From Candidatus Binatia bacterium (GTDB taxonomy: Bacteria > Desulfobacterota > Binatia > HRBIN30): DNA of 64,000 nt. This document shows, piece after piece, positions 1 through 9,543 of the stretch. Each line of letters begins with the position of its first letter. Within the stretch, counting starts at the first letter, position 1. The notes below the pieces were generated by a model that had not been told where the DNA came from, did no database searches, and saw nothing but the letters and a program-made list of their open reading frames with translations. Made by a program: the position numbers and the translations under genes. The stretch is taken from contig JBEKBJ010000017.1 in the NCBI GenBank assembly GCA_050015455.1, positions 5,375 through 69,374 on the forward strand, in the 5' to 3' direction.

Positions 1-1367
1 GCGGCCTTGAGCTGGTTACCCTGGGTGCGCTCCAGGGTCAGCTCGATCAGCGAGCGCTCGACACGTTGCATGATCAGCGGATACAAGTTGGTCAGCTCCA
101 CGTCGCGTGCCTGGCGGAAGTACTCCTTCAGCTTGAGCCGGACGACATCTTCCAGCGACAGCTCATCGTACGTCGGCGTGGCGGCATCGTGCGTCGCCAA
201 AGCCAGATCGTGGGGCATGAGCGTCGGCCCCGGCGCCAGCACGGCGGCACGCACCAGCGTGTTCTCCAGCTCGCGCACGTTGCCGGGCCAGGCGTGGCTG
301 TTGAGCATGGCACGCGCCTCGGGGGAGATGCCCGTGATGTTCGTGCCCATCTCGCGGTTGATCTTGGCGATGAAGCAACTCACCAGCTCGGGGATGTCGC
401 CGCGGCGTTGGCGCAGCGGCGGCACGAAGATCGGCACGACCTTCAAGCGAAAGTACAGGTCCTCACGGAAGCGCCCCTGCTTCACCGCGCGTTCGAGGTC
501 TTGATTGGTCGCCGCGATCAGCCGGCAATCGACCTTGATGATCTCGCGCCCGCCGACTCGTGTCAGCTCTTTTTCCTGCACGACGCGCAGCAGCTTGGCC
601 TGCAACTCCAAGGGCATGTCGGCGATCTCGTCCAGGAAGAGTGTGCCGCCCGCGGTGACCTCGAACATGCCGGCGCGCTGTTCGGTGGCGCCGGTGAACG
701 CGCCGCGCTCGTGCCCGAAGAGCTCGCTCTCCAAGAGATCGCGCGGCACGGCCGAGCAGTTGAGCGCCACAAATGGAGCGCTCCAGCGCGGCGAGTGCGC
801 GTGAATGGCGCGTGCGATGATCTCCTTGCCCGTCCCGCTCTCGCCCTGAATCAAGACCGTCGCGTCGGTCGGCGCCACTCGCCCGATGGTCTTGAAAATT
901 TCCTGCATCGCCGGCGTGGTGCCGATGATCTCGACGCCCAGCTCGAAACGCCGGCGGGTCTGTTCCTCGAACCGGGCGAGCCCCGCCGTTTGGCGGCGCA
1001 TGTCCAGCACCCGCTGCACCAACAGCCGCACCTCTTCGATGTCGAACGGTTTGGTCACGTAATCGTAGGCGCCGCGCTTCGTTGCCTCGATGGCGTTGGC
1101 CATCGTGTTCTGCGCGGTGATGATGACGATCGGCGTTGCCAGCCCGGCGTCGCGGACTTTCGACAACAACTCCAAGCCGTCCAGGCCAGGCATTTTGATG
1201 TCGACCAACGCCAAATCGAACTCGTCCCCGGTGAGCTTCGCGAGCGCGGCATCACCGGTGCCCGCTTCCTCGACGGTGTGGCCTTCGCCGGCGAGCGCTG
1301 TCGCCAGCACCCAGCGGATGGACTCCTCGTCGTCCGCCACCAGAATGCGCCCTGTCAGTGCGGTCAT
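1..1367 (-). CDS. sigma-54-dependent response regulator (NtrC family), C-terminal end cut by window edge
   Basis: Absent from the ORF track because it runs off the window. Manual reverse translation from the ATG at 1367 gives a REC domain (ILVADDEESIRW...DLALVDIKMPGLDG) and an AAA+ activator core with Walker A GESGTGKE and the GAFTGA loop (ELFGHERGAFTGA). ATGA overlap with the kinase stop at 1364-1367. Confidence 0.85.
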   Translation of the reverse strand, partial: MTALTGRILVADDEESIRWVLATALAGEGHTVEEAGTGDAALAKLTGDEFDLALVDIKMPGLDGLELLSKVRDAGLATPIVIITAQNTMANAIEATKRGAYDYVTKPFDIEEVRLLVQRVLDMRRQTAGLARFEEQTRRRFELGVEIIGTTPAMQEIFKTIGRVAPTDATVLIQGESGTGKEIIARAIHAHSPRWSAPFVALNCSAVPRDLLESELFGHERGAFTGATEQRAGMFEVTAGGTLFLDEIADMPLELQAKLLRVVQEKELTRVGGREIIKVDCRLIAATNQDLERAVKQGRFREDLYFRLKVVPIFVPPLRQRRGDIPELVSCFIAKINREMGTNITGISPEARAMLNSHAWPGNVRELENTLVRAAVLAPGPTLMPHDLALATHDAATPTYDELSLEDVVRLKLKEYFRQARDVELTNLYPLIMQRVERSLIELTLERTQGNQLKA

Positions 1368-2587
1368 GAGCGCACCACCGGTAAGGTCACGGTCACCACC
1401 GCGCCGCCGCCGCGCGCGTTCCCCGCACGGATGTCGCCTCCGTGCGCGGCGATGATGCGCTCACAGATGGCTAGCCCGAGGCCGCTGCCGCGTGCCTTGG
1501 TGGTAAAAAACGGCTCGAACACCCGCTCCAAGTCGGCGCCGCGGAAACCCGGACCGGAATCGGCAATCTCGACGCGCAGGAATTTGCCCGCTTCCGGAGG
1601 AGTCGCGGCCGGGCCAGCCGCGCCGCCGCGCCGCCGGATGTAGAAATCGGTCTCCATACGTGTGATCACGGTGAGTGAACCTCCCGCCGGCATTGCCTCA
1701 AGCGCATTCTTCATCAGATTCAAAAACACTTGCGTCAATTGCCCCTCCTCCCCAGACACGTCAGGCAAGCTGGGATCGATCTCCAACCTCACGGCGATGT
1801 TTCCCACGCTCAGCTCCGTCTCCGTCAGGGCAAGCACTTCCTTGAGGACCTTGTGGATGTTCACCGGCACCAGCTTGGGCGCGGGCGGAGCCCCGAGCGT
1901 GAGCAGCTGTTCCACCAGGCGGCCCAGGCGACCGATCTCGCGGACCATGACGCCGGTGTACTCGCGGATTTCGGGTTGATCGGCGAAGCGCTGTGCCAGC
2001 AACTGCGCCGCCCCCTTGATACCGCCGAGCGGGTTCTTCACCTCATGCGCCAGGCCGGCGACCAGCCCCCCCAAGCGCGCCAAGGTCTGATTGCGCCGCA
2101 CTTCGTCCTCCAGCTTCTTCTCATAACTCAGGTCTTGGATGACCAGGGCGGTACCCTGGATTTGTCCATCCGGTCCACGGATCGGCGAGCAACTCACCCG
2201 GACGGGGATAGGGCCTTGGCGCGCGAGTAAGATCTCTTCGCCACACGACTGATTCTGGCCGAGGGTGCGTGTACGCTGCGCCATGGCCGCGAGCCTCGGA
2301 GTGGCGCCAAAGACGTCGGCGCAAGGCCGATGCCGCACCTGAGTTTGCGAGAGACCGGTGAGCTCTTCGGCCGCCTGATTAAAGGTCGTGATGCGATCGT
2401 ACTCGTCGGTAATGATCACTGCATCAGCCAAGCTGGCCAGCACGTTCTCGAGCGAAGTGGATCCCGAGGCGGCGCCACGCACCAGCCGCCGCGGCCTCTT
2501 TCTCTTCTCCCTGGCCACGAGCATCGTGAAATCGTAACACACGGCCGCGTCTGCGTGAACCGCGCTGCTCATGCGCGGGCGCCCCAA
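1364..2587 (-). CDS. PAS-domain sensor histidine kinase (NtrB-like)
   Basis: 407-aa ORF. PAS-like N-terminal half (ADAVIITDEYDRITTFNQAAEELTG), H-box LAHEVKNPLGGIKGAAQLL, and HATPase_c boxes (NLMKNALEAM, DSGPGF, GSGLGLAI). The stop overlaps the response-regulator start. Confidence 0.9.
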   Translation of the reverse strand: MGRPRMSSAVHADAAVCYDFTMLVAREKRKRPRRLVRGAASGSTSLENVLASLADAVIITDEYDRITTFNQAAEELTGLSQTQVRHRPCADVFGATPRLAAMAQRTRTLGQNQSCGEEILLARQGPIPVRVSCSPIRGPDGQIQGTALVIQDLSYEKKLEDEVRRNQTLARLGGLVAGLAHEVKNPLGGIKGAAQLLAQRFADQPEIREYTGVMVREIGRLGRLVEQLLTLGAPPAPKLVPVNIHKVLKEVLALTETELSVGNIAVRLEIDPSLPDVSGEEGQLTQVFLNLMKNALEAMPAGGSLTVITRMETDFYIRRRGGAAGPAATPPEAGKFLRVEIADSGPGFRGADLERVFEPFFTTKARGSGLGLAICERIIAAHGGDIRAGNARGGGAVVTVTLPVVRS

Positions 2588-2772
2588 GGACGTTTGCGTT
2601 CAACCGGTGACGCAGGCTATTGCGCCCTTTCGGGATCGACCCGTTGTCGCTCAATTGCGGGATCGACGGGGCTAGGCTATTCTTTATGCGTGTTTTTTCT
2701 CCAGAGCGTAATGATGACGGGGAAGCGGTGCGTCTCTCCGACCGACGATCCACTGCCCACGACCCACCTTAA

Positions 2773-3432
2773 ATGAACGGGCGAGACCTTTTGACGCTGA
2801 TCGAGAACGGCGGCGTGGTCATGTATCCGCTGCTGCTTTGCTCGATTGTGAGCATCGCCGTCATCATCGAGCGATCGTGGACGCTGGCGCGCGCCGCGCG
2901 CGCCGCGGCACGGTTGCATCAGCTGGTCATCGAAGCTGCGCAAGAGGGCGTTATCGGCGATGCGTTGGCGCTCAGCCGACGCGACACCTCGCCGCTCGGC
3001 TCGGTCTACAAAGCGGTGCTGAGCGCCAACGAAGACGACGACACAAACCGGATGCGTCTCGCCCAACGCCGGCACTCCGAGACGGCGCGCCGCCTGAAGC
3101 GCTACGTATGGCTGCTCGGGACGGTAGGGAGCCTGGCCCCTTTCATCGGGTTGTTCGGCACCGTGATCGGCATCATCCGCGCTTTCGAGAACATGGCGGC
3201 CACCGGTTCCGGCGGCTTCGTCGTGGTGGCCGCCGGAATTTCCGAGGCGTTGATAGCCACCGCCGGCGGCTTGCTCGTCGGCGTTTTGTCGATCTTCGCT
3301 TACAACGCGTTCATGGTGCGTATTGCGAACCTTTTGGCGCTCTGGCGCGAATGGACCGACGAGCTGTTGAGCCAACTCGGCCGGCCACACACCCGTGAAG
3401 GGAGCCTCCCCCGTGTCGCTCAATCCCGCTGA
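2773..3432 (+). CDS. exbB: MotA/TolQ/ExbB family proton-channel protein
   Basis: 219-aa ORF with three hydrophobic segments and family-typical GLFGTVIGIIRAF and SEALIATAGGLLVGV motifs. Followed by an ExbD/TolR-type gene. Confidence 0.85.
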   Translation: MNGRDLLTLIENGGVVMYPLLLCSIVSIAVIIERSWTLARAARAAARLHQLVIEAAQEGVIGDALALSRRDTSPLGSVYKAVLSANEDDDTNRMRLAQRRHSETARRLKRYVWLLGTVGSLAPFIGLFGTVIGIIRAFENMAATGSGGFVVVAAGISEALIATAGGLLVGVLSIFAYNAFMVRIANLLALWREWTDELLSQLGRPHTREGSLPRVAQSR

Positions 3433-3844
3433 TCCCGACACTGATTCCGCCGGCGGTGACATCGTCGCCGAAATCAACGTCACGCCACTCACCGATATCT
3501 TTCTGGTGCTCCTCATCATCTTCATGGTGACCAGCACGGCGCTGACGCAGCAGGGCACGAAGGTGAATCTGCCGCGCGCGGCCGCCGGCGGGTCCGAGCC
3601 GTCCGGTATCGTTGTGACTGCAACTGCCGATCGCCACATCGAGCTGAACGGGAAGCCGGTGCCGATGGAAGACCTGCGCGCCACGCTCGAGGCCACGTTT
3701 CAGAAAGGCGCCGAGCGCAACGTCATCCTGCAAGGCGACCGTAACGTCGTGCTTGAGCAGGCGGTGCAGATCATGACCATCGCCAAGGAAGCGGGCGCGG
3801 AGAAGATCTCGATTGCCACCGCGCCCCCGGAGAAGAAGTCCTGA
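3413..3844 (+). CDS. exbD: ExbD/TolR family biopolymer transport protein
   Basis: ORF 3395-3844 with the typical EINVTPLTDIFLVLLIIFMV single TM segment and a periplasmic domain. GTG at 3413 is preferred because GAAGGGAG lies about 8 nt upstream; the start is uncertain. Confidence 0.8.
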   Translation: MSLNPADPDTDSAGGDIVAEINVTPLTDIFLVLLIIFMVTSTALTQQGTKVNLPRAAAGGSEPSGIVVTATADRHIELNGKPVPMEDLRATLEATFQKGAERNVILQGDRNVVLEQAVQIMTIAKEAGAEKISIATAPPEKKS

Positions 3845-3875
3845 GTGCCGAATCTGCAGTGCGAGCGTTGATTCT

Positions 3876-5420
3876 ATGCAACAGAAGGACGAAGCGCCCC
3901 GCACCGACAACACCGTCCAAGAGAGTCACTCGCTAAAGGTCTTGCGGGAGATCTTTCAATCCGAACGGCCGCTGACATATATCCGCTCGGCGGAAGAGCA
4001 GCGTATCGGGCAGCTACTGTGCGAGGCAGCGCGATTGTTCTTCGCGCCGCCGGTGCCGGTGTGGAGCTGGAGCGTGACCGAGGGCATGCGCCGCGAGGAT
4101 GGCACGCCGGCGGACGGCGAAGCGTTGGGAGCACGCGCCGCGCTCGATTTCGTGGCGGCGTATGATGGAGCGGCAATCTTTCACCTCAAGGATTTCCACG
4201 AGCCTATGCGTGAGTCGGCGGAGATCCGGCGGCGTTTGCGCGACTTGTACGAGCGTTGCTTTGATACCGGCAAGTACGTGATCATCTCCTCGCCGGTTCG
4301 CGATATCCCCGATGAGATTACACGCGACCTGGTCTATTTGGAGTTGAGCGTCCCGGATCCGGTCGAGCTGGTCGCCTTTCTCGGTAACGAGATGGAGCGC
4401 ATCAAGAAGGCGGGCGGCACGGTCGACGCGAGCGAGGGCACGGTGCACCAGCTGGCGCGTGCGCTCCAGGGGCTCACCCTGGATGAGTCGCGGCACGCCG
4501 TCCGCCGGGCGCTGGCGGTTGCGAAAAAGTTCGATGCCGATGCGGTGCCAATCCTGTTGGAGGAAAAGCGCCTGCTCGTCAACCGCACCGGCCTGGTCGA
4601 GTTCGTTGCCGCTGACACGCGGCTCGAACATGTGGGCGGGCTCGAATACTTGAAGAAATGGCTGCTTGAGCGCCGCAAGCTGTTCGAGATGCGCGAGAGC
4701 ATCAACCTCGACATCGTGCCGAAAGGCGTCCTCGTCATGGGGATTTCAGGTTGCGGCAAGAGCCTGTCGGTCAAAGCCGTCGCCTCGTACTTCGGACTGC
4801 CGTTGTATCGCATTGACATGACCGAGATCTTCTCCGGCCAGCACGGCCCGGCCGAAGGCGCGTTCGCGCAGGCTTGCCACATGCTGGAGGAGATCGCACC
4901 GGCGGTGGTGTGGTTCGATGAGATCGAGATGGGCATCACGTCGCAGGAGTCCTCCGGCGAGCAGGGGCGCATGTTCGCCTTCTTCCTGACGTGGATGCAG
5001 GAGAAGGCGCGCGGGCTGTTCGTCGCCGCCACCGCCAACCGCGTCGACCTGCTGCCGGCGGAGATGATCCGCAAGGGGCGCTTCGACGAGGTGTTTTTCG
5101 TCGACCTGCCTCTCGACGACGAGCGCGTTGAGATCTTCAAGATCCACCTGCAGCGGCGCGGCGCGAATCCAGAGGACTTCAACCTGGAGCGGCTCAAGCG
5201 CTTCACCAAAGGCTGGAACGGCGCCGAGATCGAGCAGTGCGTGGTCTCCGCTCTCACCGCCGCCCGTTTGGAGGATCGCGATATAAACGACGACGACCTC
5301 CTCAATGCGACGGCGAGCGTGGTGCCGCTGTCGAAGACCATGAGAGAGCAGATCGATCACATTCGCGCCTGGGCCTACGACCGCGCCGTCCGCGCCTCCC
5401 CACGCGAGTACTCGCGCTGA
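3876..5420 (+). CDS. AAA+ ATPase (classical clade) with about 280-aa N-terminal domain of unknown function
   Basis: ORF 3813-5420; the ATG at 3876 avoids overlap with exbD. Walker A GISGCGKS, Walker B VVWFDEIE, sensor/Arg-finger region ATANRVDLLPAEMIRKGRFDE, and a helical lid (ERVEIFKIHL). Confidence 0.85.
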   Translation: MQQKDEAPRTDNTVQESHSLKVLREIFQSERPLTYIRSAEEQRIGQLLCEAARLFFAPPVPVWSWSVTEGMRREDGTPADGEALGARAALDFVAAYDGAAIFHLKDFHEPMRESAEIRRRLRDLYERCFDTGKYVIISSPVRDIPDEITRDLVYLELSVPDPVELVAFLGNEMERIKKAGGTVDASEGTVHQLARALQGLTLDESRHAVRRALAVAKKFDADAVPILLEEKRLLVNRTGLVEFVAADTRLEHVGGLEYLKKWLLERRKLFEMRESINLDIVPKGVLVMGISGCGKSLSVKAVASYFGLPLYRIDMTEIFSGQHGPAEGAFAQACHMLEEIAPAVVWFDEIEMGITSQESSGEQGRMFAFFLTWMQEKARGLFVAATANRVDLLPAEMIRKGRFDEVFFVDLPLDDERVEIFKIHLQRRGANPEDFNLERLKRFTKGWNGAEIEQCVVSALTAARLEDRDINDDDLLNATASVVPLSKTMREQIDHIRAWAYDRAVRASPREYSR

Positions 5421-5559
5421 TCTGCGTGCAGGGTAGAGAGTCGAGCGTGGAGAGACACGGACTTGTGTCTTCCCGGTGTTCACGCTCCACGCTTCACGCT
5501 CCACCCTCCACGCCCCCGCGCCCTTGCGCAGCACGGGGCGGCAGGACTAGATTCCGGCC

Positions 5560-5931
5560 ATGGCCAAGGCGAAGAACCTCCCGGCGACTTCAAGCATCGG
5601 CGACTATATCCGCCGGCAGCGCCAACTTGCCAACATCTCTCTGCGCAAGGTGTCGGCGCAAAGCGGCATCTCGGCCGCCGTGCTGAAAGAAATCGAAGCG
5701 GGGCTGCGCAACCCTAGCCGGACGATCGTCCAATCGATCGCCGGGGCACTGCGGCTGTCGGCGGAAACCTTGTATTTACAGGCAGGAGTGCTCGACCCCC
5801 AGGATGCGGACGAGCTTGGGACGCTGCATGAGATCCGTCGCGACCCTGCGCTGACGCAGCGCCAGCGCGATGTCCTCATCGAGGTCTACGAAGCGTTCTG
5901 TGCTCTCAATCGGTCGCAGGAAGAGCCGTGA
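5560..5931 (+). CDS. XRE-family helix-turn-helix transcriptional regulator
   Basis: 123-aa ORF with HTH_3-like IGDYIRRQRQLANISLRKVSAQSGISAAVLKEIEAGLRNPSRTIVQSIAGAL. Confidence 0.8.
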   Translation: MAKAKNLPATSSIGDYIRRQRQLANISLRKVSAQSGISAAVLKEIEAGLRNPSRTIVQSIAGALRLSAETLYLQAGVLDPQDADELGTLHEIRRDPALTQRQRDVLIEVYEAFCALNRSQEEP

Positions 5932-6023
5932 GAGCTCCTCACGCCTTCACCGTCCGCGCAGACGCTTGACATTCGGGGTCGGCTGGACTCTAGAAGCAAC
6001 GGCGGTGGAGGAGGAGTGGCGGC

Positions 6024-6584
6024 GTGCCGAATTTCCGTCACCGGCTGACGCGGGCTCAGCAGCAGATCTATGATCGCAGCGACGCGAGGGCATCGATCGC
6101 GTTGCGCGCCGGCACGCAGCTCCGGGTAGCGGTGCATGCGCTCCCGGCCGCCTTGCTCTCGGGCGACCGCTTTCGGGTCGAACAGGTCTCGCAGGTGATC
6201 GTCAACGATATCTGCACGGCTTTGGCCGTGTCGCGCGTGCACATCATCGTCAGCAGGACACGTCCGTCGAACGCCCGCGGCGAGTTGCACGGGCTGTACA
6301 CGCCCGCCGCCGAGCGTGCGCCGGCAACCATCAAGGTCTGGATGATAACGGCCAAACGCGGACAGGTGGTGGCCTTCAAGACCTTCTTGCGCACGCTGCT
6401 GCACGAGGTCTGTCACCATCTCGATTACGCCATGCTGCGGTTGCCGGAGTCTTTTCACACCGACGGCTTTTATCGGCGTGAGTCGAGCCTGTTCCATCAA
6501 ATCGGCGGCCCGGCGGCGGCAGCAAACGGGCCGGCCAGCGGGTCCGGGCGGAGCGGCGGCGGTTTGTGTCCTCGGGTACAATAG
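6024..6584 (+). CDS. hypothetical protein with HExxH zinc-metallopeptidase-like motif
   Basis: 186-aa ORF with a single HExxH (LLHEVCHHLDY) followed by SFHTDGFYRRE, and a Gly/Ala-rich tail. Family not recognised with certainty (SprT/WLM/DUF45-like by motif only). Confidence 0.6.
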   Translation: MPNFRHRLTRAQQQIYDRSDARASIALRAGTQLRVAVHALPAALLSGDRFRVEQVSQVIVNDICTALAVSRVHIIVSRTRPSNARGELHGLYTPAAERAPATIKVWMITAKRGQVVAFKTFLRTLLHEVCHHLDYAMLRLPESFHTDGFYRRESSLFHQIGGPAAAANGPASGSGRSGGGLCPRVQ

Positions 6585-6592
6585 GTGCTGCG

Positions 6593-8119
6593 ATGCAGGC
6601 GGCCAGTAACGCCACACGGATAGAGATCACTGATAACCTTGATCTGCTGCTCGGCGTCCTGCCGACGCGTGTGCGGGATGCAATCGAGCCGTTGGACGAC
6701 CTCCCGGCGTTGCTGGAAGTGGTGCTCGATCTCGGTCGCCAACCCGAGGCACGCTTCCCGTGGCGGGCGGTTGAGCTTAGTCGGGACCCCGTGATGCGTG
6801 AGGACCTCGACTACATGACGGCCCGGATCAGCACCTTCACCAAAGACAACCGCGCCGGGATCGAGCGCACCCTGCACCGGATCTCGGCCTTGCGCAATCG
6901 GCTGGGAGAGATCGTCGGGCTGACCTGCCGTGTGGGCCGCGCCGTCTACGGCACGGTCGAGATCGTACGCGACGTGATCGAATCCGGCCGCAGCGTGCTG
7001 TTACTGGGGCGCCCTGGCGTCGGCAAGACGACCTTGCTGCGCGAGGCGGCGCGCGTTTTGGCCGACGACCTCAACCGTCGTGTCGTCATCGTCGACACCT
7101 CGAATGAGATCGCCGGCGATGGCGATATTCCGCATCCCGGCATCGGGCGCGCCCGGCGCATGCAGGTGCCGTCACCCGAGCGGCAGCACGCGGTGATGAT
7201 CGAAGCCGTCGAAAACCACATGCCGGAGGTCGTGGTCATAGACGAGATCGGTACCGAGGCGGAGGCACTGGCGGCGCGCACTATCGCCGAACGCGGCGTC
7301 CAGCTCATCGCGACAGCGCACGGCATCAGCCTCGACAACCTCATTTCAAATCCAACGCTGTCCGACCTCATCGGCGGCATTCACCCGGTAACACTCAGCG
7401 ACGAAGAGGCGCGCCGGCGCCGCACGCAGAAGACGGTACTGGAACGCAAGGCGCCGCCCACATTCGACGTGCTCATCGAAATCCGGGACAGGGACCGCTT
7501 CGCGGTGCACGCCGACGTGACGCAGGTCGTTGATGCCGTGCTACGCGGCCAGCCGGCACGGCCGGAGATCCGCGTGCGCCACCAGGACGGCAGCGTCGAG
7601 GTCGAAGGGCCATCAAGCACCGTCCCTCCCCTACCCCATGCCAAGCCGACACCGCCGACGGCTCGCCACGCCCTGCGCATCTTTCCCTACGCGGTCAGCC
7701 GCGAACGGCTGGAGCGCGCCATCCGCGACCTCGGGGTCAACGCGGTGGTCTGCACCCAGCCGCGTAACGCCGATGTCGTGGTCACCCTGCGCTCGCTGGC
7801 CAAGAAGCGGCCTAAGAAACTGCGCGAGCTGATGGTGGACAGCTCTCGCGTGCACGCCATCGGCGGCAACACGCAAGCGAAGATCGCTGACTTTCTGCGT
7901 GAGCTGTTCGAGCTGCCGGCGATCAGCAACGAAGAGCAGCAGGCGCTGCGCCAGGCCGAAGACGCCATCGCCGCGGTGATCGCTCACCGTGAGCCGGTAG
8001 CCCTCAACCCTCAGAACCCTCACTTCCGCCGCCTACAGCATCAACTGGCGGAAGCGCACGGCCTCGCCAGTGAGAGCACCGGCCGCGGCCCCCTGCGCCG
8101 CGTTGTGATCCGGCCCTAA
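6593..8119 (+). CDS. SpoIIIAA/Ycf45-like P-loop ATPase with C-terminal R3H domain
   Basis: ORF 6566-8119. The ATG at 6593 lies 8 nt after the upstream stop. Walker A GRPGVGKTT, Walker B VVVIDEIGT, and IATAHG. The C-terminal R3H-like region is LNPQNPHFRRLQHQLAEAHGLASESTGRGPLRRVVI. Confidence 0.85.
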   Translation: MQAASNATRIEITDNLDLLLGVLPTRVRDAIEPLDDLPALLEVVLDLGRQPEARFPWRAVELSRDPVMREDLDYMTARISTFTKDNRAGIERTLHRISALRNRLGEIVGLTCRVGRAVYGTVEIVRDVIESGRSVLLLGRPGVGKTTLLREAARVLADDLNRRVVIVDTSNEIAGDGDIPHPGIGRARRMQVPSPERQHAVMIEAVENHMPEVVVIDEIGTEAEALAARTIAERGVQLIATAHGISLDNLISNPTLSDLIGGIHPVTLSDEEARRRRTQKTVLERKAPPTFDVLIEIRDRDRFAVHADVTQVVDAVLRGQPARPEIRVRHQDGSVEVEGPSSTVPPLPHAKPTPPTARHALRIFPYAVSRERLERAIRDLGVNAVVCTQPRNADVVVTLRSLAKKRPKKLRELMVDSSRVHAIGGNTQAKIADFLRELFELPAISNEEQQALRQAEDAIAAVIAHREPVALNPQNPHFRRLQHQLAEAHGLASESTGRGPLRRVVIRP

Positions 8120-8135
8120 GAGTGAGGACGTGAAT

Positions 8136-8197
8136 CGTGCTCGTGAGTCGTGCTCGGAATTCACTCTCCCGAACACGACCCACGATTCACGAGCACG
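8136..8197. terminator. imperfect inverted repeat between convergent genes (possible bidirectional terminator)
   Basis: cgtgctcgtga (8136-8146) pairs with tcacgagcacg (8187-8197). The inner arm gtcgtgctcgg (8147-8157) pairs with ccgaacacgac (8169-8179) with one mismatch and a 7-nt bulge. No U-tract. Confidence 0.4.
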
Positions 8198-8199
8198 AA

Positions 8200-9387
<1,188 letters not shown>

Positions 9388-9543
9388 GAAAGCCCTCCTT
9401 TTTATCCGCGGCACTTTTCCAGGGGTGCGGGCCGGTTGCAAGGGGGTAGGGTAGCCTCCGTCACTCGAATCTTCAGATGAGTAAATCAGGTACTGCGACG
9501 TCTACATCTTGAACCTCGCCTCAGCTAATGTGGGGCACGCCGT

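Noticed and set aside
66-1643. 525-aa plus-strand ORF covering the first 1.6 kb
   Set aside because: - It is antisense to a clearly recognisable NtrC-type regulator and the end of the histidine kinase.
- Its sequence is Arg/Ala/Gly/His-rich low complexity, typical of shadow ORFs in high-GC DNA.
- It has no motifs.
2626-2680. 9-nt direct repeat gggatcgac (two copies, spaced 28 nt start to start) in the divergent kinase / exbB promoter region, considered as an NtrC-type enhancer site; a sigma-54 promoter for exbB was also considered
   Set aside because: - The repeat is short.
- The closest -24/-12-like string (aggctattctttatgc) has the wrong GG-GC spacing.
- Evidence is insufficient.
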